A stretch of 64,000 nt of DNA from a virus: positions 96,001 to 160,000 of IMG/VR virus record IMGVR_UViG_3300043449_000492; one strand, 5' to 3'. Within the stretch, counting starts at the first letter, position 1. Every line of letters begins with the position of its first letter. Below the pieces are notes generated by a model. That model was not told where the DNA came from. It saw only the letters and a list, made by a program, of their open reading frames with translations, and did no database searches. The position numbers were made by a program, and so were the translations under genes. Shown here in pieces: positions 1-9,073 of this stretch.

Positions 1-374
1 TCGATTCATATAGAAAAGAGTATTTTGATCTTAACATAACACCAAATCCTGGTGGCATGTTACAGCATGAGCAACTCTGTGAGGAGTTTGAAAAAAAGTT
101 TGTTGTTCCCTATCATGATGATCGAGTGATAGACTACTTTATGCAGTTCGATTGGTATGACCTAAATAAACCATATCCGAAGAACAAAGTGATTGACGCT
201 TTTCCAGAGTTTCAACAAATCAAGGTAAGACGACATGAGAACCTGCAACTTGCAGCAGGTATACCGTCTCACTTTGAGAAACTGCTTGACAATCCTGAAG
301 TAAACGTATATAATAGAAAAAGAGTAATGGATCTCATTCGAGATTGGAATGACATGGGAGATACGCTGTTTTGA
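1..374 (+). CDS. Asparagine-synthetase-like ATP-dependent amide ligase, C-terminal part (5' truncated)
   Basis: Frame is open from the window start. 'VVPYHDDRVIDYF...K' resembles the PfLD motif of the Asn synthase C-terminal domain. Coupled to the C5-MTase and CmoA-like genes. Confidence 0.5.
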   Translation, partial: DSYRKEYFDLNITPNPGGMLQHEQLCEEFEKKFVVPYHDDRVIDYFMQFDWYDLNKPYPKNKVIDAFPEFQQIKVRRHENLQLAAGIPSHFEKLLDNPEVNVYNRKRVMDLIRDWNDMGDTLF

Positions 375-1600
375 AATATGCACCTTATACCGTTGAAGAC
401 GTAAAGAAGGCATCTGCCCAGAATAAGTTTACAGTTATTAGCTGTTTCGCTGGTGGAGGTGGTAGTTCGACTGGCTATCGTCTAGCTGGCGGAAAGATTC
501 TTTTAATCAATGAATTTGTTGAATCTGCAATCGAATCCTACAAAGCGAACTATCCTGACACTCCTGTTCTTGTTGATGATATCAAGAAATACACTGGTCA
601 AGACTTTCTCGACATGGCAAAGATTAAAGCTGGAGAGCTAGACATTCTAGATGGTTCTCCACCATGTTCTGCATTTTCTATCGCAGGTAAGCGTGAGAAA
701 GGTTGGGCTGGTGCCGAACTAGATACTCGCCGTGCCTATTTTGATGATGATGGTGAGATTGTTCAAGAAGGTGAGCTAGTCGTCAAGGAAGGCATTAAGC
801 TTTATTCTGATGGCAAGCAAGTAGAAGCAATTGAAGACCTGTTCCATGAGTTCATTCGTGTAGCTGCTGATATCAAGCCTAAGGTTATTGTTGCTGAGAA
901 CGTGAAAGGTATTACGTTCGGCGAAGCAAAGGGTAAGCTACATGAGTTTATTAAAGCGTTTGAAGATATTGGATATCAGGTAACGTATCGAGTGCTTAAT
1001 GCTGCTGACTATGGCACACCACAAGCAAGAGAGCGAACAATCTTTATTTGTGTTAGAGACGATATAGCTGATGCTGTTGGCTTGAACTTCCTGACACTTG
1101 AAAACATCTTTCCTGATAAGACATATAATGAGCATGTTTCTCTTAAGGAAGCTATTCATGATGTGGTATCTGATCCAGCACAAGAGAAAGAGTTATATGA
1201 TTATGTGCAGAATGGCTTTCAGAAGAAGTGGATTGAAATGCTTCCATTCAATCCTTCTAGGCATATGAAGCCATCTGACAAAGAGTTTATCGCTATCAAT
1301 CCCAAGCGTTCACTTTTCAATATGATTAGACCTGCTCCACATTTGCCTTCTCCAACGATTACACAACGAGGCAATCAGAAGTCAGTGTCTGGTGTATTTC
1401 ACTATGAGAAGAATCGTAAGTTTACTGTACCAGAGCTAAGACGCATCATGTCATTACCTGATGACTATGAGTTAAAAGGTAACTTCGATCAGCAAGCGGA
1501 ACGTATTGGTCGAATGGTCGCACCGAAGATGATGGCAGAAGTTGCAAACGCTATCTATGAAAAAGTATTGAAACCATATAATGAGGCAAACCATGAGTGA
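371..1600 (+). CDS. DNA cytosine-C5 methyltransferase-family enzyme (candidate carboxymethyltransferase)
   Basis: Motif I FAGGGG, motif IV GSPPCSAFS, VI ENV, VIII QARER, IX R..T..ELRRIMSLPDDY; motif X reads GRMV. Confidence 0.93.
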   Translation: MKYAPYTVEDVKKASAQNKFTVISCFAGGGGSSTGYRLAGGKILLINEFVESAIESYKANYPDTPVLVDDIKKYTGQDFLDMAKIKAGELDILDGSPPCSAFSIAGKREKGWAGAELDTRRAYFDDDGEIVQEGELVVKEGIKLYSDGKQVEAIEDLFHEFIRVAADIKPKVIVAENVKGITFGEAKGKLHEFIKAFEDIGYQVTYRVLNAADYGTPQARERTIFICVRDDIADAVGLNFLTLENIFPDKTYNEHVSLKEAIHDVVSDPAQEKELYDYVQNGFQKKWIEMLPFNPSRHMKPSDKEFIAINPKRSLFNMIRPAPHLPSPTITQRGNQKSVSGVFHYEKNRKFTVPELRRIMSLPDDYELKGNFDQQAERIGRMVAPKMMAEVANAIYEKVLKPYNEANHE

Positions 1601-2294
1601 TTATGATTTTACATTTGCACACCGTGACGAAGGCTTTGACAATCACATTGAAAAGTCTATTCGAGGTTATAATTATCTGCATGATGACATTATCAATCTA
1701 TCTCGATACTATGTTGAAGATTGGACAAACGTAGTTGACATTGGTTCTTCTACAGGTAAGACAATCGAGGCAATGGCTATTCAGAACGAACACTTTGCTC
1801 CTTCTGCAACATATGTTGGTGTAGAACTTGCAGAAGGCTTTAGAGTCGAAATGGAAGCCCGCTTTACTCTATTGCGTGAAAGTCTACCAGAGACATTTTT
1901 TGAGTTTGAGTTCGGCGACATTCGTGAATATCTTTTTGATAACTGTTCACTTGTCACTTCTCTATTCACTCTACAGTTTATGCCTCCGAAAGATCGTGAG
2001 AATGTTATTCGTAACATCTATAATGGACTCAATGAAGGCGGTGCATTCATCTTCGCTGAAAAGACTGTAGCTGAAACAGGTCGATTCCAAGACATGTTCA
2101 CATTTACCTACTATGACTATAAGCGTAAGAATTTCACTGAGAAAGATATCATGCAAAAGGAAGTCACGCTTCGTAACATGCTCAAGCCAAACACATGGGC
2201 AGAGATTGAAGACATGCTACGTTCCGCAGGTTTCAAGAAAGTCCAGCCTTTCTGGCAGAACTTTCTTTTTGTTGGTGCAATCGCCATTAAGTAA
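1593..2294 (+). CDS. CmoA-like carboxy-SAM synthase / class I SAM-dependent methyltransferase
   Basis: FDNHIEKSIRGY, DIGSSTG, LFTLQFM, GGAFIFAEK and AGFKKVQPFWQ parallel the CmoA motifs. ATG at 1593 follows GAGG. Confidence 0.8.
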   Translation: MSDYDFTFAHRDEGFDNHIEKSIRGYNYLHDDIINLSRYYVEDWTNVVDIGSSTGKTIEAMAIQNEHFAPSATYVGVELAEGFRVEMEARFTLLRESLPETFFEFEFGDIREYLFDNCSLVTSLFTLQFMPPKDRENVIRNIYNGLNEGGAFIFAEKTVAETGRFQDMFTFTYYDYKRKNFTEKDIMQKEVTLRNMLKPNTWAEIEDMLRSAGFKKVQPFWQNFLFVGAIAIK

Positions 2295-2349
2295 AGGACA
2301 AGTATTCGTGCAGTATTTCAACTTTAATAAACTTGAGAATTACTTTGAT

Positions 2350-2475
2350 ATGCTTACATCGTTCTGGATATTCTTCTGCGTTGTAAGTATTGTCTGGATT
2401 CTAGCTTCACTATACTACCATACTACTAAAGACCTTCGCCTGCGACATTCTGACGCACCCAAAAAGCGGGATTGA
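2350..2475 (+). CDS. Small membrane protein, hypothetical
   Basis: One hydrophobic helix with a basic tail; ATG at 2350. Confidence 0.4.
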   Translation: MLTSFWIFFCVVSIVWILASLYYHTTKDLRLRHSDAPKKRD

Positions 2476-2478
2476 CCC

Positions 2479-2507
2479 TTGTATTCCTTAGCGACAGGTG
2501 CTATACT
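2479..2507 (+). promoter_or_regulatory. sigma70-type early promoter
   Basis: TTGTAT-N17-TATACT; spacer TCCTTAGCGAC is shared with the promoter at 41221. Confidence 0.6.
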
Positions 2508-2541
2508 GCATCTATCGTTGAACAAGTGAAAGGAACTTTAT

Positions 2542-2781
2542 ATGTCGAATTCCAATGCCGCTCTCCTCGCCCGTATTGCGGAACTTGAAGCTCAGGTTGC
2601 TAAGACTCCTAAGAAGGCTCTTTCCCTGAAGGTTTCCCAGAAGGGTGCGGTTTCTCTCTATGGCATGGGTCGCTTCCCCGTCACTCTTTACGCTTCCCAG
2701 TGGGAGCAGCTTCTGGGTGAAGCGGAAAAGATCAAGGAATTCCTTGACAAGAACAAGGAAACGCTCGCTGTCAAGGCGTAA
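2542..2781 (+). CDS. Conserved hypothetical protein (LKVSxKGxVSxYGxGRFPVTLY family)
   Basis: AAGGA RBS, strong codon bias, own promoter and terminator. Confidence 0.8.
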   Translation: MSNSNAALLARIAELEAQVAKTPKKALSLKVSQKGAVSLYGMGRFPVTLYASQWEQLLGEAEKIKEFLDKNKETLAVKA

Positions 2782-2794
2782 GCTGTTGAAAGAT

Positions 2795-2820
2795 AGGGGC
2801 TTTCGAGCCCCTTTTCTTTT
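2795..2820 (+). terminator. Rho-independent terminator
   Basis: AGGGGCT-TTCG-AGCCCCT followed by TTTCTTTT. Confidence 0.85.
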
Positions 2821-2824
2821 GCCT

Positions 2825-2850
2825 TGCAATTCCTATCGAATGCTCTATAA
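2825..2850 (+). promoter_or_regulatory. sigma70-type early promoter
   Basis: TTGCAATTCC...TATAAT upstream of the CobT-like gene; coordinates approximate. Confidence 0.6.
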
Positions 2851-2878
2851 TAAGTGAACAATCGTGAAAGGGCACTTT

Positions 2879-5146
2879 ATGCATTCCACTAATTCTTCCA
2901 ATTCTATTCTCGCCAAGCTTCTAGCTACCGAGAATATTACGGTTCAGCATCAGCCTGGTATTAAGACCGCTATGTTTGACCTTAAGAACCGTGTTCTTAT
3001 GCTTCCCGTCTGGCAAGAGATTACCGAGAACCTTAAGCATCTGCTTATTGGTCATGAAACTGGTCACGCTATTGACACCCCGACTGCCGAAGAATATAAG
3101 GCAGCTTATGAGGGTATTGCCAAACGTGTCTTTGGTGATGAAACCACTTCCCGTCTTACTCGCACGGTTGCTGGCTTTCTTAATGTTATCGAGGACGCTC
3201 GTATCGATAAGCGTCAGAAGCGTCGTTACCCCGGGCTTCGCAAGGACTATCTTCTTGGCTATCAGGAGCTTATCGACCGTGACTTCTTCGGTACGAAGGG
3301 TCGTGACATTAATTCCATGAATTTTATCGACCGCATGAATATCTATTTTAAGGGTGGTAACATTCATGATAATATCGAGTTTACCCCTGCCGAAAAGGCT
3401 TTTCTCAAGCGGGTAGAAAATCTTGAACTGTTTGATGAGACGATTATCCTCACCGAAGAGGTTTATCGTTTCTGTAAAGACCAAATCGAGAATGATATGC
3501 ATATCGATATTGGTATTGGTGAGCCTGAGGAGGGCGAAAGTGATGATGACGGTTTTGATTGGGACGGTGACAGCGATGGCGCTGGTGACTTTGATTCGGA
3601 TGAAGGCTCCGAGTCCGATTCCGATGAAGGTGAGGGTGAAGGCGAGAACGAATCCGACGACGAAGGCGGACTAACTCGTGGTTCGGGTGACCTCGGCGCT
3701 AATAGCAGCGGCAAGTCCAATGCCTCTTCTCATGGTTCTGATGGCGCTGGTGATACCAGTGTTACTGCTCCCGAGTCCGAGACCGATCGTGTCTGGGAAC
3801 AGAAGCGTGAGGAACTGGTTCGTGACTCCAATGCAGACTATATCTATCTGAATATGCCTGAGTTTAACTATGCTCAGAATGTTCACGATTATAAGAAAGT
3901 CCTGAACGATTGGCGTTCCGAACTTGCTATCGGCAAGGCTTCTTATTCTCGTTCCCTCAAGCAGGAAGCTTATGACTTTGCCCGTCGTGAAATGATGGAG
4001 TGGAAGGCTAAAGAAAAGGACACCATCTCGTTCCTTGTCAAGGAGTTCGAGCAGCGTAAGAGTGCTGAGATTTATTCTCGCATTTCGATTGCCAAGACTG
4101 GTGTTATCAATACCAATAAGCTTCATTCATATCGTTACAATGACGATATCTTCCGTCGCTTGACCGTTATCCCTGAGGGTAAGAACCATGGCTTTGTTAT
4201 GTTTCTTGACTGGTCAGGCTCGATGGATTATAACTTGAAGCATACCCTTAAGCAGCTCTTTACGCTTGTTCTCTTTTGCAAGCAGATCCAAGTGCCGTTC
4301 GAGGTGTATGCATTCAAGGACTCGGATGATAGTGGCAAGCCGTCTCCGTGGAATCACGGGAGTGCCGAGAACAGCGTTAACTTCGGTTACCTGACGATCC
4401 GCCAGTTCCTGTCGTCCAAGATGAATATTGCCGAGCTTAATGACGCCATGTCGTTTCTCTGGGCTATGGGTCATGGCTATCGTCTCAACAGCGATCCGCT
4501 CTCTGGCACTCCGCTCAACGAGGCAATCTTTGTTGCTCCGAAGATTGTTAATGACTTCCGTGCTAAGTATAAGCTTGAGGTTGTTAACACGATCATCCTG
4601 ACCGATGGCGAGTCCAATGGTTCTATGGGTCTGGTGAATGACACCGTTCCTCATCAGAGCTATTCGCTCACTGGCGGTATGCGTAAGCGGTATTTCTTCT
4701 ATAATGACAAGGAGACTGGTAAGACCGTTGAGTATGATCCGCATGGTTGGGGTCAGGCTGGTCAGTCTAACACCAACGTCCTGCTTCGTTTGCTCAAAGA
4801 AAAGACTGGTTGTAATCTAATCGGTTTCTTCCTGTTCGGTGAGTCCTGGCGTACCTTCACTTATCGCTTTAATCTTACTGGCAACTATGAGTATCTGCAG
4901 AAAGTTACCAAGTTCTGGAAAGAGAACAAGTTCTATCCTGTCAAGAGTGAAGGTTATGATGATTATTTCGTCATTGATACCCGTGCCCTTGCTGTGACCG
5001 ATAACAACCTGGAGATTGATACGTCCAAGTCGACCAAACAGATGGCGAAAGCCTTCTCCAAGTTTGCGTCGAAGAAAGCCGTAAATCGTGTTCTCCTGCG
5101 TAATTTCATCGATCACGTTACAGGAAAAGCAAAGAAGGTAGCGTAA
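2879..5146 (+). CDS. CobT-like protein: HEXXH metallopeptidase-like N-terminus, acidic linker, VWA domain
   Basis: HETGH, NVIEDARI, D/E-rich linker, MIDAS motifs LDWSGSM, GTPLNEA and ILTDGE. Confidence 0.85.
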   Translation: MHSTNSSNSILAKLLATENITVQHQPGIKTAMFDLKNRVLMLPVWQEITENLKHLLIGHETGHAIDTPTAEEYKAAYEGIAKRVFGDETTSRLTRTVAGFLNVIEDARIDKRQKRRYPGLRKDYLLGYQELIDRDFFGTKGRDINSMNFIDRMNIYFKGGNIHDNIEFTPAEKAFLKRVENLELFDETIILTEEVYRFCKDQIENDMHIDIGIGEPEEGESDDDGFDWDGDSDGAGDFDSDEGSESDSDEGEGEGENESDDEGGLTRGSGDLGANSSGKSNASSHGSDGAGDTSVTAPESETDRVWEQKREELVRDSNADYIYLNMPEFNYAQNVHDYKKVLNDWRSELAIGKASYSRSLKQEAYDFARREMMEWKAKEKDTISFLVKEFEQRKSAEIYSRISIAKTGVINTNKLHSYRYNDDIFRRLTVIPEGKNHGFVMFLDWSGSMDYNLKHTLKQLFTLVLFCKQIQVPFEVYAFKDSDDSGKPSPWNHGSAENSVNFGYLTIRQFLSSKMNIAELNDAMSFLWAMGHGYRLNSDPLSGTPLNEAIFVAPKIVNDFRAKYKLEVVNTIILTDGESNGSMGLVNDTVPHQSYSLTGGMRKRYFFYNDKETGKTVEYDPHGWGQAGQSNTNVLLRLLKEKTGCNLIGFFLFGESWRTFTYRFNLTGNYEYLQKVTKFWKENKFYPVKSEGYDDYFVIDTRALAVTDNNLEIDTSKSTKQMAKAFSKFASKKAVNRVLLRNFIDHVTGKAKKVA

Positions 5147-5167
5147 AAACAACGGTTTAGAGGGGGC

Positions 5168-5196
5168 TTGACATTCCTCTCTAAACCAGCTATAAT
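5168..5196 (+). promoter_or_regulatory. sigma70-type early promoter
   Basis: TTGACA-N17-TATAAT, perfect consensus. Confidence 0.85.
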
Positions 5197-5231
5197 GTGT
5201 CATAATCGAAATCGTGAAAGGAATAGATTGT

Positions 5232-6500
5232 ATGGCTAAGTCTAATATGTCCACCCGTGACCAGTTCCTCGATAAGGTTCGTTTCGAGTTCGGAGCTATC
5301 ACTACCATCACCCGTACCCAGGTCAAGCAGGTTTGCGACAAGTATGACCTGTCGTTCCCCACGTGGCTTCGCAAAGATGCCACTCGTCAGGTTGCCCGCG
5401 GTGTGTATGCTCTTACCGAGCATGGCGCTACTCCCGCTGCGCCTGTGACTGCTACCGCTATCAAGGCTGCAAAGTCTAAGGCTCCGAGAGTGTCAAAAAA
5501 GGTCGCTCCGACCAAGACCGCTAACATTCAGTCGAATGTCCCCGTGGTCGATAGCATCGTGGCTATGGCTTCGACGGTTGCCATGTCGGCTCCGTCCACT
5601 TCAGCTTCGGCCGATGTTTCGCTCGTTCCTGAAAAGTCTTCGGGATACGTTCCGTTCGGTAACTTTGCCGACGTTCGTTCCATTATCAAATCTCGTAAGT
5701 TTTACCCGGCTTACATCACTGGTCTTTCTGGTAACGGTAAGACGATGATGGTCGAGCAGGTTTGTGCTGCTGAAAAGCGTGAATGTGTCCGAGTTAACGT
5801 GACCATTGAGACCGACGAAGATGATCTTATCGGCGGCTTCCGTCTTGTTGACGGACACACCGTGTGGCAGGACGGTCCTGTTATCATCGCCATGCAGCGT
5901 GGTGCGATCCTGCTTCTCGACGAGGTTGATCTTGGCTCTAACAAGCTTATGTGTCTCCAGCCTGTCCTCGAAGGCAAGTCGGTCTTCCTTAAGAAGATTA
6001 ATCGTTTGGTTCATCCTGAGGCAGGGTTCAACGTCATTGCGACTGCGAACACCAAGGGTAAGGGTTCCGACGATGGTCGCTTCATTGGCACCAACGTAAT
6101 GAATGAGGCGTTCCTTGAGCGTTTCAGCATCACGATGGAGCAGGAGTACCCTGCGGCTAAGACCGAGACGAAGATCCTTAACAATGTTCTAGGTGCTTCT
6201 AACATTGAAGCTAAGGAGTTTGTTGAGAAGCTTGTCACCTGGGCTGATGTTATCCGTAAGTCATTCTACGAGGGTGCTCTTTCGGAAATCATTTCGACCC
6301 GTCGTCTCGTCCATATCTGCGAGGCTTATGCTATCTTTAACCAGAACCGTGTGAAGGCAATTGAGCTGTGCCTTAACCGCTTCGACGTGGACACCAAGAA
6401 TGCTTTCATGGAACTCTATAAGAAGGTCGATGAGACCGTTGATCCGACTGCTGTTTCGGAATCGGAAGCAGCCCCTGTGGGTGAAGAGGTTGCTTTCTGA
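5232..6500 (+). CDS. cobS: CobS-like MoxR AAA+ ATPase
   Basis: Walker A GLSGNGKT, Walker B LLLDEVD, IATANTKG, NEAFLERF, ISTRRL. Confidence 0.9.
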   Translation: MAKSNMSTRDQFLDKVRFEFGAITTITRTQVKQVCDKYDLSFPTWLRKDATRQVARGVYALTEHGATPAAPVTATAIKAAKSKAPRVSKKVAPTKTANIQSNVPVVDSIVAMASTVAMSAPSTSASADVSLVPEKSSGYVPFGNFADVRSIIKSRKFYPAYITGLSGNGKTMMVEQVCAAEKRECVRVNVTIETDEDDLIGGFRLVDGHTVWQDGPVIIAMQRGAILLLDEVDLGSNKLMCLQPVLEGKSVFLKKINRLVHPEAGFNVIATANTKGKGSDDGRFIGTNVMNEAFLERFSITMEQEYPAAKTETKILNNVLGASNIEAKEFVEKLVTWADVIRKSFYEGALSEIISTRRLVHICEAYAIFNQNRVKAIELCLNRFDVDTKNAFMELYKKVDETVDPTAVSESEAAPVGEEVAF

Positions 6501-6568
6501 ATGACTAAGTTCGGCCTCACCCAACAAGAGGCCGAAGTCCTCGACAGAGAATTTCTAAATGTTTTCTG

Positions 6569-6597
6569 TTGACATTCCCAGAATACCCGTGTATAAT
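6569..6597 (+). promoter_or_regulatory. sigma70-type early promoter
   Basis: TTGACA-N17-TATAAT (TTGACATTCC variant). Confidence 0.8.
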
Positions 6598-6679
6598 GAA
6601 CTTTGATGCTGCTGATTTATACACGGGTCTTTCCTTTCACGACCAGCAGCATCACAACTTTGAAATGGAGAACTATATA

Positions 6680-6904
6680 ATGGCTACTGCAAAGAAGACT
6701 CAGATTGAGAAGATTGAGACCGCCCTTCGTCGTTACAACACTGGCGCTGGTGTGACCGCTGATAAGGTTGCTTCAATGGCTCGTGTTCCTCGTGAAGCTG
6801 TTGCAAAGCGAGTTTCGGATCTTCGTGATTGGGGTTACACCATCTATACGAACTACCGTAATGTCAATGGTAAGCGCACTGCTTTCTATCGCATTGCCGA
6901 CTAA
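6680..6904 (+). CDS. Small winged-HTH DNA-binding protein
   Basis: GGAG RBS; 'TADKVASMARVPREAVAKRVSDLRDWGYTI' fits a wHTH pattern. Confidence 0.65.
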   Translation: MATAKKTQIEKIETALRRYNTGAGVTADKVASMARVPREAVAKRVSDLRDWGYTIYTNYRNVNGKRTAFYRIAD

Positions 6905-6979
6905 TACTAAAATAATTTAGCTATATAATAGCGTGGAGGCTTATAGCGTCTCCACGCTATTCGCTTATGGAGATACTAA

Positions 6980-7810
6980 ATGGAAATCAAAATTTCTACT
7001 GATGATTTGAGAAAGAAAAAGCTATTTGTAGCAACGCCATGTTACGGTGGACAGTGTCTCGGTCTCTACGCTAAAGCTTGCTTGGATCTTCAAGCGATCT
7101 GCATGCAGTATGGTATTGAATGCCGCTTCTCTTTTATCTTTAATGAATCACTAATTACCCGTGCCAGAAACTATCTCGTTGATGAGTTTCTTCGTTCTGG
7201 GTGCACTCATCTTCTATTCATCGACGCTGATATCAATTTCAATCCTCAGGACGTTCTAGCTCTCCTAGCTCTTGATCGTGATATTATCGGCGGACCGTAT
7301 CCAAAGAAGTCAATCAACTGGGGTAATGTTGTTAACGCTGTCAAGGGAAACTGTCGAGTTGACGGCGAGAAGGTTGTTCTCAAAGACGGCTTTGATCCCG
7401 GAGTTCTCAATAGCATCGTTGGTGACTTTGTGTTCAACCCTGTTCCGGGAACAACATCATTCAAGGTCACTGAGCCAGTCGAAGTTATGGAGATTGGCAC
7501 AGGCTATATGATGGTCAAGCGTGAAGTGTTTGACAAGTTCAAGGAAGCATATCCTGAGTTTAACTACAAGCCAGATCATGTTGGTCAAGCTAACTTTGAT
7601 GGTTCACGTTACATTCACGCATACTTTGATACAATTATTGATCCTGTCTCACATCGTTATCTATCAGAAGATTACATGTTCTGTCAGTGGTCACGCAAGA
7701 TCGGTATTAAGATTTGGCTATGCCCATGGATGAAGACAACTCACGTTGGTACCTTCGGCTTCGAAGGCGATCTTCCCTCAGTTGCAGCATTGGTAGGTTC
7801 TCTACGATGA
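6980..7810 (+). CDS. GT-A fold glycosyltransferase-like protein
   Basis: FVATPCYGG, ESLITRARN, LLFIDAD (DxD), GTGYMMVKR, LSEDYMFC. Confidence 0.75.
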   Translation: MEIKISTDDLRKKKLFVATPCYGGQCLGLYAKACLDLQAICMQYGIECRFSFIFNESLITRARNYLVDEFLRSGCTHLLFIDADINFNPQDVLALLALDRDIIGGPYPKKSINWGNVVNAVKGNCRVDGEKVVLKDGFDPGVLNSIVGDFVFNPVPGTTSFKVTEPVEVMEIGTGYMMVKREVFDKFKEAYPEFNYKPDHVGQANFDGSRYIHAYFDTIIDPVSHRYLSEDYMFCQWSRKIGIKIWLCPWMKTTHVGTFGFEGDLPSVAALVGSLR

Positions 7811-8400
7811 TTATAGGTCTTGTTGGTTACATCGGAGCCGGCAAGGGAACAGTCCGTGATATTCTTGTGCGAGAGCATGGGTATCACGGATTCGCCTTTG
7901 CCGATGCATTGAAAGATGCTGTTGCACAAATCTTCGTTTGGCCTCGTCAGCTTCTCGAAGGTGACTCTAATGCCTCTCGCTCGTTTAGAGAGAAGGTAGA
8001 CCCTTGGTGGTCACATAAGCTAGGTTATGAAGTCACGCCTCGTCTCATTCTACAAAAGATGGGAACCGAAGCTTGTCGCCATAACATTGCAGATAATATC
8101 TGGATTGCAGCTTTAGAAAAACGCATTCACGGATATGAAGATATCGTTATATCAGATTGTCGTTTTCCGAATGAAATCGATTTTGTTCGGAGTGTCGGCG
8201 GTGTTGTGTTTCAGGTGTGTAGAGGTCCTGCACCAACAGAAGCAGAGCTGGCTAAGATGCATGTATCAGAAACTGCTTGGAGAGAGTATCCTGTCGATAT
8301 GGTTATTGACAACAACGGAACTCTTGCTGACCTTAAAAGGAATGTCGATATAGCATTGACACACTGTAAAAAATCGTCTATAATGCATCATCCTGTTTAA
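7807..8400 (+). CDS. Deoxynucleoside monophosphate kinase (T4 gp1-like)
   Basis: IIGLVGYIGAGKGTV, FADALKD, TPRLILQKMGTE, SDCRFPNE, HVSE. Confidence 0.9.
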   Translation: MIIGLVGYIGAGKGTVRDILVREHGYHGFAFADALKDAVAQIFVWPRQLLEGDSNASRSFREKVDPWWSHKLGYEVTPRLILQKMGTEACRHNIADNIWIAALEKRIHGYEDIVISDCRFPNEIDFVRSVGGVVFQVCRGPAPTEAELAKMHVSETAWREYPVDMVIDNNGTLADLKRNVDIALTHCKKSSIMHHPV

Positions 8401-8419
8401 TGAGAAAAGGAAATATATT

Positions 8420-9073
8420 ATGAAGCTATCTGAAAAGACCCTAAGTGTTCTACAAAACTTTGCCAAGATTAACAGTGGCGTCGTTCTTAATGAAGGAACG
8501 AAACAGCGAACAATCTCACCAGCTAAGTCTATCCTTGTCGAGGCTACAATCGAAGATGACATTCCTTCTAAGTTTGGCATCTATGACCTCAATCAGTTCC
8601 TAGGTAACGTAACAACTCTTAAGAATCCTGAGCTAACATTCAAGGACGAGTCTGTTGTTATTGACGATGGTGAACTTGCTCTAACCTATAATGCTTGCTC
8701 GCCCAATCTCATTATCACTCCTCCAGAGAAGGAGCTAGTGCTTAAGACTGTTGATGTTACATTCAATCTCACCAATGCTTCGCTCCAGAAGCTTCTTAAG
8801 ATTGCATTGATGAATAGTCTACCTAATCTATCTGTCCAAGGTAAGGACGGTTCACTCAATCTTCTCATTCACGAAAAGATGAATGATACATCTAATCAAG
8901 GCTCAATCAAGATCGGTGACTATGCTGGCAAAGACTTCATGTCATCATTCAAGACCGAGAACCTCAAGCTTCTTCCAGATGATTATAACGTAGAGATTCA
9001 GAACGGGGCGTTTGCCAAGTTTGAGAATACAAACGGCAATCTAAAGTATTGGATCGCTCTGGAGTCTAAGTGA
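8420..9073 (+). CDS. gp45: Sliding clamp (gp45)
   Basis: MKLSEKTLSVLQNFAKINSG, FGIYDLNQFL, C-terminal YWIALE. Confidence 0.95.
   Translation: MKLSEKTLSVLQNFAKINSGVVLNEGTKQRTISPAKSILVEATIEDDIPSKFGIYDLNQFLGNVTTLKNPELTFKDESVVIDDGELALTYNACSPNLIITPPEKELVLKTVDVTFNLTNASLQKLLKIALMNSLPNLSVQGKDGSLNLLIHEKMNDTSNQGSIKIGDYAGKDFMSSFKTENLKLLPDDYNVEIQNGAFAKFENTNGNLKYWIALESK

Noticed and set aside
2879-6500. Cobalamin biosynthesis auxiliary genes
   Set aside because: No cobN or other cob genes are present; the architecture is a generic MoxR-VWA pair.
2921-6527. Long minus-strand ORFs opposite the CobT/CobS-like genes (and similar shadow ORFs elsewhere)
   Set aside because: They are antisense shadows of strongly biased + strand codon usage, with no RBS or recognisable motifs.
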